From Dimorphilus gyrociliatus (Eukaryota; Animalia; Annelida): a DNA stretch of 64,000 nt. The DNA lies in the NCBI GenBank assembly GCA_904063045.1, contig CAJFCJ010000059.1, positions 77,763 to 141,762 on the forward strand. Direction: 5' to 3'. Numbering within the stretch: the first letter of the stretch is position 1; the number at the start of each line of letters is the position of its first letter. Position numbers and translations under genes: made by a program. This document shows positions 23,960 through 38,029 of the stretch, one piece after another. Below the pieces are notes generated by a model that saw nothing but the letters and a program-made list of their open reading frames with translations, was not told the DNA's origin and did no database searches.

Positions 23960-26900
23960 GTTGCACAAAATTAGATTCTATACTATATGTCGGCAATCTA
24001 TTTATAATTCTGTCTACTATTTTTCTTTGTTCAAAAACAGAAAGTAGAATTCTTCTCTTATCGACTTGGACACACTATTGGATATAAAAAGTATAAAAAG
24101 AACTTCTAGCAGTCATTTATATTTGTGAATTTACTAGAGAGATTGTTTAGACATAAAAAGAAATGTCTAAAAGGTAAGAATTCCTACATTCGTATTTCAT
24201 CATCATTGTAAAATTTTATTATTTTATATTTCTCTCATAGAAACTTAAAAGGATGTCAAATTGACAAAAATTCAGAGTTTTCACAAATAGACATTCAATA
24301 TTTGAATGAATTGAAAGAGAGAATAAACCTTCAAATTTTACAATTAGAAATTAATGTAATCCGATGATTAATAAAACAAAAATTTTACTTTTATCCAATA
24401 ATTTAATTTCCCTCTCTACAGGAGTGTGTTTGTCAGTTGAAATGTTTTAATTGGCCTAATATTGTAGAAGAAATTCTTAATTTCTTTAATGTAAACGACA
24501 TTTCACATATTTTTTTTTTACTTACAAAAATTTTTTTTTCTCATAGAAATTTATTAGAGAAGTTAAAAGGATTATTGAAGAAATTCATAATGTAATATTT
24601 ATCTTTATTGAGCAGTGTCAAAGATTTAAAAATGAAGAAACAAACTTTACTGAAATATCAGTAAAACGTATAAATTCACTCGATAATTTGTAAGTTAATA
24701 TTTAGGCTTTTTATTGATATACTAAACTTTTAGAATATTTTTTGACATCTGTTCAGAATGTCTGAATTCATTGAATCAATACAAGAGTTTGATATCATCT
24801 TACAAGAATTGGTTGAAGAATCAGAAATTTTACAGTATTCCGACACTCTAAATTGTAAAACGCTGTTTATGGAAAAACACACTTTAATGACTTTAGATAA
24901 TGATCTAAGAGTAGCTACAAATATCCTATATAATGATCTTCACCAGTTGATAAATCAATTTCTCTTTGTCGTATCACCAACACCTGAAATTGTCAAATAT
25001 GAAAAAAGGAATGTTGTAAAGAGTGAATTTACTATACGTTTAATGTGCAGTGAGGCTTTGAAGTTGACAACTTCTATAGGAATTAAGGAAATAAACATTA
25101 TTCAACAGATACCACAAATGAATACATCTACCTATGAACTTCAAAATAAATCTCCAAAGAAAGTAATTTATCCCAGTGGAATGGTTAATTTTGAATTTGA
25201 CTTACTCTTACAAAATACATCTCAAAATAAGGATAGACTCAAAATAGATAAGGATAATGCAGTTGCATCATTCAGATATTATTTAAATGTTGATTTGGAG
25301 AAATTCAAATGGCATAATAGGGAATTTAATTTGTGTATTAGCACAAGAGCATTTGGAATCATTTCTCAGACATCACAAGTTGTTCAGGCTACAGGCAATA
25401 TGAAATGGTTTAGATGTTTTGGAGAAGCTACTAGAAAACCTTGGAGTGAATTCAAGAATTTATTGTTGGACTATTACCATAGAAATACTGGAAGGCATTT
25501 AACATCTGAGCAAATCAACTATTTAAGAGACAGATTCAGTAAGAATAACAACTTTTTCACAAATACAAAATTCAAACTTTTCCATAATCTTTTGCAGTGT
25601 TAGAGAATGATGATAGTATTATCTCTCTTAATGATTTTTTACAGGTAAAAATTAAATATTTTCTCAAATATTTCATCATTCGTTTTCTACTAATTTTTGT
25701 TTTTTTAAATTAGAAAAGATATTCAGACAGATCTACAAAAACAAATTGTATTAAACTTCAAAAATCAAATTTTACACCTTGGTATTGGTTTGTGGCATGC
25801 ATAAATTTATTAAATAGAAAGGAAGCCAAACAATATTGGCAGCAAGGGTAAGAACAAAAAATTCTTGGGCACTAATTTTACTGAAATCCAATTGGTTTTT
25901 TCCATAGATTGATTTATGGTTTTATAAGTAAAGAATATGCTGATAGAATTCTTACAGATTGTCACCATGGAACTTTTCTTGTCCGTTTTGCTGAGAGTAG
26001 AATACAACCTACCCAGAAAGCAGCACCAAATGCAAATTTTACCTTAGCTGTGAAATATGAAAACACAATCTACCATCTACAGGATTATTTGACTTTTAAT
26101 GATTTGGAAGACAAAAAATTGGATTTATTTCAGACCTTAAATGAAATGACAATTCATAGTACTGGAAATAAACTAGTTGCAAATGGGCAAGTTGTTCTTA
26201 GTCCTATAGAAAATCAGCCATTGAAGTTGAAAATTTTCACAGAGATCCTATCTAACAACAACCCGGAATTATGTAAGAAATAGTAGTTCAATAATAAAAG
26301 CAATGTAATTGTATTTTTTCAATCAGCTGAAGATTGTGACTATAATGCAGAGGGTAGAAACTATCATATTATTCTTAAATCATCTAACAGGTATTAAAAG
26401 TTTATTACAATGTGTAAGAGATATGAACATTGTTGAAAGGGTTTACAAGTCAATGAAAAGAGTTCATAGGCTGATTTAGAGGATTCACAAGAATTTGTAA
26501 ATAGACTTAAAAACATGTTCTTTTTTGGGAAATTTCTAAATTCTATTATGTTTTCTACTTTATTTAACAATATATGCAAATTCATTATGAACAACGATGA
26601 TTTTCCTCTTCAGCTTCCATTTTTAAATATCTCAGAAGATCTATCAGTCAGCAAAATATTCTCTTTCACTTCCTTCAAATGTAATTTCATTCACCTGTTA
26701 AAAATGGAATTGCTTGTTTATTTATCATGTTTTGGAAGAATTCTTCCAATTTTTGCCTTGTTGACCCTTTCAATTGACTTACACCATCTATACTGGTCCC
26801 AAGGAATGTTAGACTATTGTTTAATTAAAATATTTGATATATTTAGGACTCGGAATAAATTCATCGCGGAATTGAATGGAAAGAAAGAAGAATTTGAGCC

Positions 26901-27175
26901 ACTTACACCTGTTGTCAACAACACACCTTTTACCATTGTTCAGGATGTGCTTTCGACTTTGTCTCCTGTGCAAAGCCCTCCCATGCGAATCTTTATAGAA
27001 AATGGTCTGTAATCAAAATCCAAGATTAATCACAGTACCATAGATTATGAAACTTTGTTCAGTATGCATCTCCAGCAGAATAACTCAAATGTATGTCCCA
27101 ACTTTTCAAAACAATCTAGCCAAGCCAACAGCAAATAATACTTCTATCTTTTCAAGAAATAATATGAATATCAGT
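23960..27175 (+). CDS. STAT: Divergent STAT-family transcription factor (multi-exon: DNA-binding, linker, SH2, pTyr tail)
   Basis: DBD-like QFLFVVSPTPEIVK...FTIRLM and AFGIISQTSQVVQATGNMKW; linker KPWSEFKNLLLDYYHRNTGRHLTSEQINYLRDRF and FTPWYWFVACINLL; SH2 IYGFISKEYADRIL...GTFLVRFAES; post-SH2 GRNYHII (~26352). Ends approximate. Confidence 0.85.
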
Positions 27176-28069
27176 GATAAAGATTAAATGGCAAGGTACC
27201 CCTTTTTTGTTTGGCTTGAAGAAAGAATTATTTTCAAAATTGACAAAACACTTAGGTAATTTAAAGAAAAAACTATAGGGTTTTAATGTCAAAGAGTACA
27301 TAATCCAAACTGTTGAGTTTTAATAATGAAATTGTATTTGAAAATTTAAGAATATTTTTGCAGATATTTGAATCTCTTAACAGAATTTCAATACAATTTA
27401 TGACAAAATTGATATTTAAGGGTTCACCTATACAAAACTTGTTGTTGTTCACATTACTTTTGAATAATATGATAACTGTTGATTCTTCTCTGGGGATTTG
27501 TTTCTCCTAGCCATTTAGCTTATTCATGACTGTTCATCATTTGAATTACACCTATCACAATAAATTGAACTGCTGCCAAAGTTACAAATTCTATTTATCA
27601 TTCAATTATGAATTGTCCTTGACCTTGGAAATTTTTTTATATGGCTGAATATTATTTATTTTTCAATTTTGATTTGTATTAAATTATGAATGGCACATCA
27701 CCACCCAGATAATTACTATAAATAGTTCACTATCCTTATACAGTATAGATTTCACATAACAAAGGAAGGTTTCTCAAGCCTTAATACATTTATTACATTA
27801 GGGTGTTTTATTGGTGTGTAGATCTTTCAAGTAGGTTTATCAGTATAGTCAGATATCTGATCCCATATAAACATATGTAACTTGATAGTGGAATTAAATT
27901 TCCACATCTTCTATCTTTCAGCAACCTTTAATGTAGAGACAATTTGATAAAAATCTCAAAAAAAAGGATACAATTTTCTGTTTTTCACATTAACATTTTA
28001 TCCCTTGTTATAATTACTTATCATTGTGTCTGTATGTTTCTAAAATATTAAGAAAAATATATATATTTT

Positions 28070-28290
28070 AGAGTTGATGAACTGTCTATGTTATGTTTAT
28101 CTTATTTAACAGAATGTTACAATGTTGAACATTTAGGACCAGACCTGATGGAATAGGTTAGCTTATCTGGCAGTTTCAAGTGTTTTTTTTTGCTTCAGAA
28201 AAATGATTTTCTTGATATTCAACTGAGCTGTTTAGTGTTACATTCTTTCACAACAATTAGAGGAAAGAATTTAGATATTTTTTCATTAGA
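28070..28290 (+). pseudogene. Possible BTB/BACK-domain fragment
   Basis: VDELSMLCLSYLTECYNVEH...NDFLDIQLSCLV with a stop and a frameshift; weak resemblance only. Confidence 0.3.
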
Positions 28291-29469
28291 TATACATATT
28301 CATTCCTAAAAGAAGAATGAAAATAACAAATGTAAATTACTGATTAATTTTTGTTGTTGCACTAAAATCTTGACCTTTTTTGAGAAAAAAGCTTTATTTA
28401 AATATTTAAATTATGAAAACATTCAACTCACATTTAAGCAGTTTAACAGTTTCTTGTTGTAAATCTTTTGGTATTGCACACTTTCCAATATTAGTTATAA
28501 GTGTACAATTTGAAAGATTTTCTCTTCCATTTAGTTTTGACAGCAGTCTTTGACAAGCTTTATTAAAAATAACACCAATATTTTAGGTAAAAGTCTTAAT
28601 ATGAAACAAAACTTTGAATAATAATACCAAAGCTCCATTCAATTTCTGTAATCTGAATTGCTAAGTCATTGTTTAAACCAGGACAGGCTTTTTTGAGACA
28701 CAGCTTTAGTTTTTTGCCCTGTTCACAAAGTTTTTCAGCATTAAATGACTTTAGAAGCTGCAACTGTTCAAATACAGATTGACAAAGACATTCCATACAT
28801 TTTGTATAACAATCATCTTGATCAACATTCTCCATTTCATGAAAAGGAGAATATGTAATTAGGTCAAAATCATGAATACTGTTGCCAAGTTTTCTATTCT
28901 GCTCCTTTGACAAGGAAAAAAGAGGATAATCATTGGTGTCAAATTAAAGATTTTTTAATTTTAAATCAGTTAAAAAGAACATTTGTTAATGTTATGGAAA
29001 CTGTTGCTGTTCAACAAAAAAGAACAAAGTCCACTGAAAAAATGATATGTATTTGAAAAAGTGCACAGTTAACTTTTCACTACATTCCATTCCTTTTCTC
29101 ATTCATGATACAGTGTTTCATTTTTCAAATTGCAATAATTATCATTGTTCACAAATTCATTTTCTCGGATTGAAATGTAAAATAAATTCATATTTAAATT
29201 GTTTAAAATACATAAAAACTGTTTTGTAAATTTTTCAGAATGTTTATATCGATTAACAGAGAATAGAAGATATGCAGATAGTAATTTTATACTGCCAGCA
29301 ACATTTTATGATCACTTGTGATTAGTATGAATTGTGCAGGTTATCTAAAAAAAATACACCAAAAGTGAATAATCTTTATTTTTTTCTAACCAGAAATATT
29401 GTAAATATACATTCATTTCTGTTCCTCTTAATAAAATATGTTACTTGAAAAAGATAACAATAGCTGAAA

Positions 29470-32415
29470 GGGGTTGGGAAAATACGTCCTTGGGAAAAAA
29501 TGTCCTAAAGGCTGGGAAAAAAGTCCTATGCCTGGCAAAAGATATACTTGTCCTAATTATTGATACTTATAATCAGAAATGTTTTTCTCTTTGCTGTTTA
29601 CTTCATTTATAGAATAAAATATTAATATTTTTGAAGAAAGGGATATGTATTGTGATGTTTTTACCAGTTTTCTCTGAATTATGTAATGCTATTAAAAGAG
29701 AAATGAGTTATTTCCTTGTCTTGTCTGTAAGTGAAAGATAAATTTTGCATTTCTTGGCATGTTTTCAGGCTAATTTGTTTTTTAAGCATTGAAACTCTGG
29801 TATTGATTTGGTTTATTGAATATTACAAGATTATACATTTTTTAAGAACCCTTCTTTCCAGTGAGTTATTATTTATCATTTTTGTATTGGCAGCCATATT
29901 TGATTTTGAAAGTGAATTTATTTTTGCAGAAACTTAGTAATGGCACCTGTTTTGTATTAATTGTAATAAAAGATTTTATGGCAGACAGAGAAAGATGAAA
30001 TGCAGTGACTGCGAAGATTATGTCCATGCCAAATGCATCAAAGGTCTGTCTCTTTATATGTTTTTATTAAATTATTCACTTTTTTCATTTTCAATTTAGA
30101 ATCTGAAAGAGTATTTTGCAATAATTGTGCAGAAAAGTTCAGGATTGAAGAAATTGCATGTTCACTTTGTCATCATATCTGTAAAGGTGATATTTACTAT
30201 GTACAAACATACATTTATTTAACTTTGCTTAATATTACAGAAATGAAAGATGATAAGTGTTCTTCATGCAAAAGTTTGAGTGAAAGATATTGTCTCATTA
30301 GTTTATCAGATGTGATTAATGATGATCCCATTGTAAAAGCTGCTCTGAGTTGTACTCATAATAACATGGTTAAAGACAATTGTAGGGTTCAGACAGAAAA
30401 CGTCCCCAAACAGACAGAAAATGTCCCCAAAAATTAATTGTCAAAAAAGTTGAAAAAAATTAAAAAAATTTCACCATTTTTACAATGACGGTATAGGAAG
30501 ATATAGTCTTTTTTGTTATATGTCATTATTTCAGCAAAAAAAAAAGAACTATATAAAATAAACTAAAGAACAGAAAACGTCCTCAAAGTGACAGAAAACA
30601 TCCCCAAAGTGACAGAAAACATCCACAAGCTCAGAGAAAATCCCCTAATGCAGACAGAAGAACAGGCTATGTCAATTAAAAAATATCTGCACAAAATAAT
30701 ATAAAAATTTTTACAATATTTCACAAAATTCAAAATAAATGCTCCTAAAAACAATTGGAAATCTTCAGGCAGTAAGACAGAAAAATTCTACTTCCTTCTT
30801 TATTATCACTCATTAGAGGTAATGTGAAAATTTATTATTTATTGTTTTTTTTTCAAAGCTTTATTATTATATTAATTTTTTAACACTACAAAGGATTTTT
30901 ATAATCAAAAGTTTATATATCATCCTAACCAAAAAATTGACAATTTGAAGTTCATTTTTATCTTTTAATTTGATTTTTACATTGTAATGCTTGTGGTAAT
31001 CCAATTATCATCCAATCATTTTGACTTTTCATATCAATTTTACTCTAACAAATTATTACTTACCAAGGTTTGAAAAAGAATATTCTCAATTTTTCAATAA
31101 TGGAAAACACATGCTATATCTGCAATGATGCCTTCATAGGCAGCCAAATTAAAGGCAAATGTTGTCTTTGTTTCAAAACATGCCATATCAAGTGCATTCA
31201 GGGTTTGTATTATTTATGCCTTTAAAAAATCAATCATCCTAATGATTCAGATCCAGCATCAAATTCACCATTATGTTTAAGTTGTTTTCAAATCTCAAAA
31301 AGAAATTGTTCTGTAATCTTGAAGAGAATAGATGAAGAAAAAGAACAAAGCATAAATGAATCCAGAGAGGAGTTGAGATTATCATTTTCTTTTGAGAGCA
31401 TGGAAAGCATTGATGATTGTTCAAAACGAGTTCAAAGTGTTGTGAATGAGGAGGATATTATGTTCAGTAATGAAATTGAAGTAAGTACACTGACTACACT
31501 CACTGGTGGAGAAATCTCTGATGTGCAGGAAGAGTCTTTTGAAAGTGATATTGATCAAACCAAAAATGACACAGACAAATGTCATTTTAAAATTTTACCA
31601 AAAGCAAGTCAGAAAGGAAAAGACATTTTAATCTATAATGGATATACCTTTAATGTTAAAATCAAAAGAAAAGCTACTACAACATGGATTTGCTCAGTTC
31701 GTAATAAATCTAACAAATGTTCTGCTACCATCATTCAAAAAGAAAAAAATTTCCATTGTGGAAGAAAAAACCACAACCACTCACCAGTGAAAAATGTTGA
31801 AAAGCAGATTGTCATTAGAAATGATATCAAATAGAAATCTGCTAATGATATTAAATCATCAGGAAAAAGAATAGCTGAGGAAATTCTTTTAAAACATTGT
31901 CATGGAAAATGTAGTTTGCACAATTGCAAAGAAGTAGCCAACTACAGCAGGAGAAAAAATAGACCGGTTGAACCAAATGATTTAAATTTTCAACTTGATT
32001 TAACTGATCATCAGTTAAAACTCTTGTCTATGGCAAAGATATGGTACATGGATGGTACTTTCAAAATTGCAAGAGATCCATTTGTTCAAATATTTTCAAT
32101 ACATGGCTTTTTAAAGAAAAATGGAGAGTTGAAGCAGGTGCCATTGCTTTTTTCATTTCTAAGCTCAAAAAAGAAAAGAGCTTATAAATTATTATTCAAG
32201 GTAAGTTAGGTTTATAAATACTTGAATCAATGACAACCTATGAATTTAGGCTGTAAATGAGCTAACTGACAAAAATTGTTTTGGACTACGAAAAGGCAAT
32301 ATGGAAAGGTATCAGAGATACTTGGACAGATATTTTAATGGTTGATTGCTCTTTTCACTGGTCACAAGCAATATTCCGAAAAATTCAGGTTAGGAAAAAC
32401 GTTGAATAGTGTAAA
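29470..32415 (+). mobile_element. Decayed MULE (Mutator-like) transposon: PHD-like fingers, FLYWCH, DDE transposase N-half
   Basis: CSDCEDYVHAKC (~30000); CYICNDAF...CCLCFKTCHIKC (~31100); GKDILIYNGYTF...WICSVRN...C...NHNH; WYMDGTFK; DYEKAIW; FHWSQAI. Repeats at 29470-29530. Confidence 0.8.
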
Positions 32416-33350
32416 TGTACACATACATTCATCAGCTATATTCTACAATAGAGAAGTAGTATTAAACCAGTATTGTACTATGCAGATAGCACTGATAAAG
32501 ATAAGCAGTAGTGACCTAGTTTCACATAGGGCAGTGCATACACATTATGCAGCAATAAAACCTATTAAATTATATAAAGAATATTTGCTATTTGCAACCT
32601 AGCATTAATATTACAATTTATTAATCCATAAATTTATGATTTTGAACTAAAACTAGTTCAATTAATTATCAATTATGCTTAAATTCTAAGTTTAGATTAT
32701 ATTCACTATTCAACAGTATTGTATACACAATACTGTTCTTTTTAACATGCATTAATCAGATATACTTCCTCCTTATATGCTCATGCTAAATTTACTAACT
32801 CAATCAATTGAATATCATTATTAAGGTAGAATATAAAAACGGTCAAATATACAATCTACATGTTTTCTTGATTGTTCGACTTGTCCTACTAAAATTGTTA
32901 CATCTTATGCAACTCTCCAACCTTTGAAATTCAACTATTATTTAGAAGAGGAAAACAATAAAAACATGACCATATTTACAACTTTTCTTTGTCTTCAAAT
33001 GTTACTTTTCTTTTTGTGAACATTGAAATTTGTGAACTATCAACCCTTAAAAGAGTATATAAACCCTACGAAATTAACAGTTGATAGTTCAGTTTTCTAA
33101 CCATCAGCTAGTTGTTTAAACTAGCTTGTTTAGAACTAGAAGCTCATTTTACTCAATACATATTCTTTGGACAAAATACTGGTGTTTTGTTAATTAACTT
33201 CTACCGAAATTGCCTTTGTTAGACTATTTGTGGACGAACTTTAAAGGTTCTATTTGTGTGAGTACTTTGGCAAGTTGGTAAATGATTGGAAAGGACGATT
33301 ACAGTTGTGACGAACCAGAAATTCCTACAATTACAATACAACAAAGTACA
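32416..33350 (+). repeat. Solo LTR, family B (935 bp)
   Basis: TGTACAC...AAAGTACA; near-identical to the reverse complement of 8348-9281. Flanks taaa/taac, so no perfect TSD. Confidence 0.92.
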
Positions 33351-35040
33351 TAACATAAAGGAAAAAAGGAACAAAACAACATTCTGGATATGTAGTGTTA
33401 GGAACTAAAGAAACAAATGTTCAGCAACAGTTAGCCAGCAGGGGAACAACTTTTATCCTGGAAAGATGTCACATTCTCATGAAAGAGTACCAGATCTTGA
33501 AAAGAAAATAACCATCAGAAATGAACTGAAAAATGCTTGCAATAAAGATATTATTAGTTCAGGAAAACGTTTAGCTGAAAATGTTCTGGTGGAACATTGC
33601 AGTTCTGGTGAAGCTATTCCATCTTTAGATAATTGTACAAGACTGGCAAACTGGACAAGAAAGAAGTTTAGACCAGCTGAACCTCAAAGTATTCACTTTG
33701 ATCTGGTAAAAACATTTATACCTGATGACTTTTTACAAATGGATATTCAAATGGAGAATGATAGAATACTGATATTTTCAACTTTAAAGCAAATTGACTT
33801 ATTATCAAAGGGTAAAATATGGTTTATGGATGGCACATTTAAATGTGTAAAAGACCCATTTTATCAACTTTTTTCCATTCATGGATTCATCAAAAAGAAT
33901 GGTGAGATGAAACAAGTTCCAATGGCATTTGCTTTTATGGGATCCAAGAAAAAGGTGGCTTACAAGAAACTTTTTAAGGTGCAGAAACTTTACATTTCAA
34001 CTTTAATGATCTGATAACTTTCAAAGCAGGCAATGCAAGATTTAACAAATGGACATAGCCCTAAAAAAATTGTTGTGGACTTTGAAAAGGCTATTTGGAA
34101 AGCTTTATCCTCCACTTATCCTCAGACAATCATTAAAGGATGTGTTTTTCACTGGACACAAGCAGTTTATAGAAACATTCAAGTAATTGAATCAACCACT
34201 TCAGATGCAGATATAATACATATGTTTTTTTTCCAGGAATTGGGATTTTGTAAGATGTACAAGGAAAGAGGAGCAGAATATGATGTCATGAAAAAGTTAA
34301 TGACCTTACCTTTCCTGCCTTCTGATTTAGTTCAACCAACTTTTCAGGCTATAAAAGAAATATGTTCCTTTGAAATACATCCTTTATTTGAGTACATTGA
34401 AACTCAATGGATAGATGGATATTTTAAACCAGAGATGTGGTCTGTATATGGTGAGGCTATCAGAACCAATAATGACATTGAGGGCTGGCATCGCAGGTTA
34501 AACAAAAATCATCAATCTAACTCTGGCTTCTATTCCCTTTTGGATGAACTGAAAAGAGAAGCAGATCTGATAAAACTATATAAAAAACTGCTGAGCGAGA
34601 AGAAAATCTGTAGACAGCAAAGAAAAGTATATCAGAATATTCAAAGCAAAATATTTAGCTTATGGCAACAATTTGAGGTTGCTTCAATCACATCATTGGA
34701 TTTACTTGAAAAAGCTTCCAATTTTTATAGCCCAGTCTAATATCTCTTTGTTCTTCAATTTTGTTACACTGTTGTCTATCATTATTATTATTATTGGTCT
34801 TTAGTTGTACTTATTTAATATATTCATATTCAAATATTTCCAGTTGTTCTTATTTAGTTTTTTCCTTTCAAATTTGACTTATAACTCTGAATATTAAATA
34901 TTTTCATCCCTACATCAAATTCCTCTAAGAGGCATTTCATCTATTGGACATTTTCTCCAGTGGACGTTTTCTCCAGTGGACATTTTCTCCAAACAGTGGA
35001 CGTTTTCTCCAAATAGTGGACGTTTTCTCCTGTACCCTTT
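33351..35040 (+). mobile_element. MULE transposase (near-intact catalytic core, two short introns) with 3' subterminal repeats
   Basis: WFMDGTFK (D), VVDFEKAIW (D), GCVFHWTQA (CxxH), RTNNDIEGWH (E). Introns near 33980-34030 and 34183-34236. GGAC(A/G)TTTTCTCC repeats at 34945-35035. One stop in the FLYWCH part. Confidence 0.88.
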
Positions 35041-35382
35041 TAATTTACATCTTGGTATATTTCATTCCTATATTCTCTTTTAAGTCTTTACATTTCCAAG
35101 GTTTTTTATTCTCCATTTTTTATTTTTTACTTTTTATTTGTTTATTTAATTTTTATTTATTTTCTATTTTTGTATTTTTATTCTCTATTTTGTTTCTTAT
35201 GTTTCAATTTTTGTTCTTTTATTCTTTCTATACTTTATTTTAACACTCTCACTACAACTGAATTTAAAAGAATCTTTATCAATGCTTGTGTAATCAATAT
35301 CTGAAGAGAAATCTTCCAACCAAACCTAAGTTTTTCATATCTCTACATATTAAAATAAATTGTAATTGTTATATTGCAGTTG

Positions 35383-35742
35383 TTAAACAAAAATGCAGAT
35401 CAAGATATAACCTTGATTTTGAAAAAAAATGGCAATAATAATTGAAATACAGGCAAGTAACAGATTTGGAGGAGATTCAATATTTCCAGTATTATATAAA
35501 TGACTGTTACATAGATCACTATCACAGCAACTAATGCAATTTTTGATATTATTTTTCAAATAACATATACTATCCCTCTCACTGTCTGTGCAGGGAGTAT
35601 CAGAGCATTTTTGTTGGTAAGTAATAACCTCATCTTTTTCTTTATGAATTACAGAACAAAACATAGAACTACACACCACAGTTTTGGCACTTTGAGAATG
35701 ACATTTGTCTCCTTCACATGTATTATATCTTAGTATAGTCAT
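35383..35742 (-). CDS. Ly6/uPAR (three-finger, quiver-like) protein, probably GPI-anchored; signal exon not identified
   Basis: Cys pattern ending CISCCDSDLCN followed by a hydrophobic C-terminus LLLACISIIIAIFF. Confidence 0.75.
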   Translation of the reverse strand: MTILRYNTCEGDKCHSQSAKTVVCSSMFCSVIHKEKDEVITYQQKCSDTPCTDSERDSICYLKNNIKNCISCCDSDLCNSHLYNTGNIESPPNLLLACISIIIAIFFQNQGYILICIFV

Positions 35743-36389
35743 TTTCTATTGTTATTCTCTAACTGTACCATCAGAAATTATCAATCACCATATATCAAGG
35801 TGTCTCTCTACTTTAAAGAAAACTTTACAAAGTTATAAAGTTGCAATCTGGCATATCTGACCTATATGACCGACCTGACTTGTATCACACATCTGACCAT
35901 CAGAAATTTTAAGTCAGCATACTTTGCTATGAAGATAATAAGAACACTTTCAAAATTTCATCATTTGGCTTTAACAACAAATTATCAACAGAACAAACTT
36001 AAAAAATTCACCAACAAAACAAAATTACTTCACAGTGAAAATGTATAAGAATCTTTATCCTTTGCAAGAAGGAGAAAAAAAAGAAACAATTTTGAAGGCT
36101 ATAGTCAAATATTGTAATTTTGAATTGAAAAAAATCAATCCATGGAAAAAGCTTTGTTTTAGTCATTGATTAAGGCTATTGTATTAGTTCTTCTCATTCC
36201 ACATTCTCTTTACTAGTTGGGGTTCGTGAAGGGTTTTTTTTGACAAAAGTCAAAAAAGAGAAACAGAATTCTCACATTTCAAGAGTCCCAATTGATTTTG
36301 GGAAGCAGTCAAAGAAAAAATACACCAAAATCAACAATAAAAGCAATTTCCATTAAAAAAATTTTTTTCTGAATTATTCCTTCCTATTT

Positions 36390-36447
36390 GGCCTACCATG
36401 GTTTTGTCCTCCTCTCTATGTTCATTACCAAGGGCTCATCAGGGTCT
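36390..36447 (-). ncRNA. Degenerate hammerhead ribozyme, same family as 7836-7897
   Basis: Minus strand GACC-CUGAUGA-GCCC...GGAC-AAAAC-CAUG-GUA-GGCC. The GAAA core is mutated to AAAA and stem II is mismatched; flank agggtctact is shared with 7891-7900. Confidence 0.65.
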
Positions 36448-36939
36448 ACTAACCTACACCTACAGAGAGGTTAAAGAATTCCAATAGGGAATTGTCTTCT
36501 TCAGGTTTTAATTAATATATATCATATTAAAACTGCTACTTATAGTAATACTGTTTAACAGTTTAATGTACATACCATTTTATTCATTTTATTATTGAAG
36601 GATGTTGATTTTCAAAAGCAGTTGTAGCAGTTGCACATTTAACTAAATGTGATGTTGACTCCTTGATCTGCAAACTGCAAATGAACCATGTGAACAAATA
36701 TTTACAATATATGTGTATGAGATATGTGGAAAAATCTGTGAGAACATGTCACAACCTGATTATCTATAGATAAGATTATGTGGTGCCAACAACTATGTGA
36801 GAAAATGAAACCAGTAAACCAAACTCTGTTGAAAACTTTCCTTTTTATTGGTCATTATTAACCTGACTGTGAGTACTTTCTACAAACTTGTCAAAAGAGA
36901 TGAGGATAAACATTGATAAAAGTTCTGTGGGAAGTCTGC

Positions 36940-37820
36940 AAATCCATCAGAATGATACAATAGCAATGAATGTTGATAGTGCCATAACTCTGGAACCATG
37001 AAAGATAATTGAATTCTGTAAATGGATTTGGAATCGGTGTATCCAAATTACTATATAAAAACAATTTCAGAGCTCTATTCTAAATATTAACAGAGATAGC
37101 TTAGCCCTGACGAATATTACATATAGGCATATATGTACTATATAGTAATGAATGTTGACAGCGCCATATCTCTGGAACCGTAAGAGATAATTGATTTCTG
37201 TAAAAAGATTTGTAATCGGAGTACCAAAATTACTAAATATACCCAATTTTAGAGCTCTATCTTCATTAATAAGAAAGTTAGTTTTTTTTGGTACATATAG
37301 GCAAACATTTAATGTACTGTTCAAAAGTAAGTTATCTATCTTGGAGGAAAACTAATACAATTTAAAGGGACATAATTATGAATAAGTGTAATCGGCACAG
37401 TGAAATTAGTCTATGTACAAATTTTCAAAGCTCTAGCTTGAATATTAAAAAAATTTATATTTTCATGACGACTATTTTCATTTTATATATAAAACCATAT
37501 CTCAGCAACTACTAGACCGATTTTGATGAAATTTGAAGCAAAATTATTGGCAGAAAAAGTTATAAACAATTAGAAGACATTCGTTATAACAATTTAACTA
37601 TCTTCCCATCAAAAAATAAATGTGTTATTTATAAATTATATAAGGAAAATGTAATAAACTTTGATGTAAAATAGGTGAATAACTATCCAAGATAATTAAA
37701 TTCTGTTTGAAGATTTGATATTGGAGTAGTGTTGCTATTTTAATTGCAAAACTTCAGAGCTCTAACTTAAAAAATAAAAAAGTTATTTTTTTCTGAGGAA
37801 TATTTTGGTTTATATGGCTG
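36940..37820. repeat. Degenerate minisatellite-like repeat, possibly a Helitron/Helentron-type non-autonomous element
   Basis: Recurring gccata(a/t)ctctggaacc...agataattga...ttcagagctcta units and ccgattttgatgaaatttg; a similar motif occurs at 55490-55530. Confidence 0.35.
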
Positions 37821-38029
37821 TATAACAGAGTTAAAATAGAACATTGAAACAAAATCATATCTCACATTTGGGTGTGCTTCACACCCCCTGACTGGTATTG
37901 AATAAATTTAATGATTTTTTTTTAACAATGTTTGTTTGAAAAGGTAATTTCATAAGAAATACTAAGATCTAAGAAATGTGTAATTGCATAAAATTAGGTA
38001 TTATTCTATTGAGTTTCTAAGTAAATTTT

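Noticed and set aside
28596-28913. 105-aa Cys-rich ORF
   Set aside because: No recognisable family, and stops or frameshifts in the continuing sequence; cannot assign.
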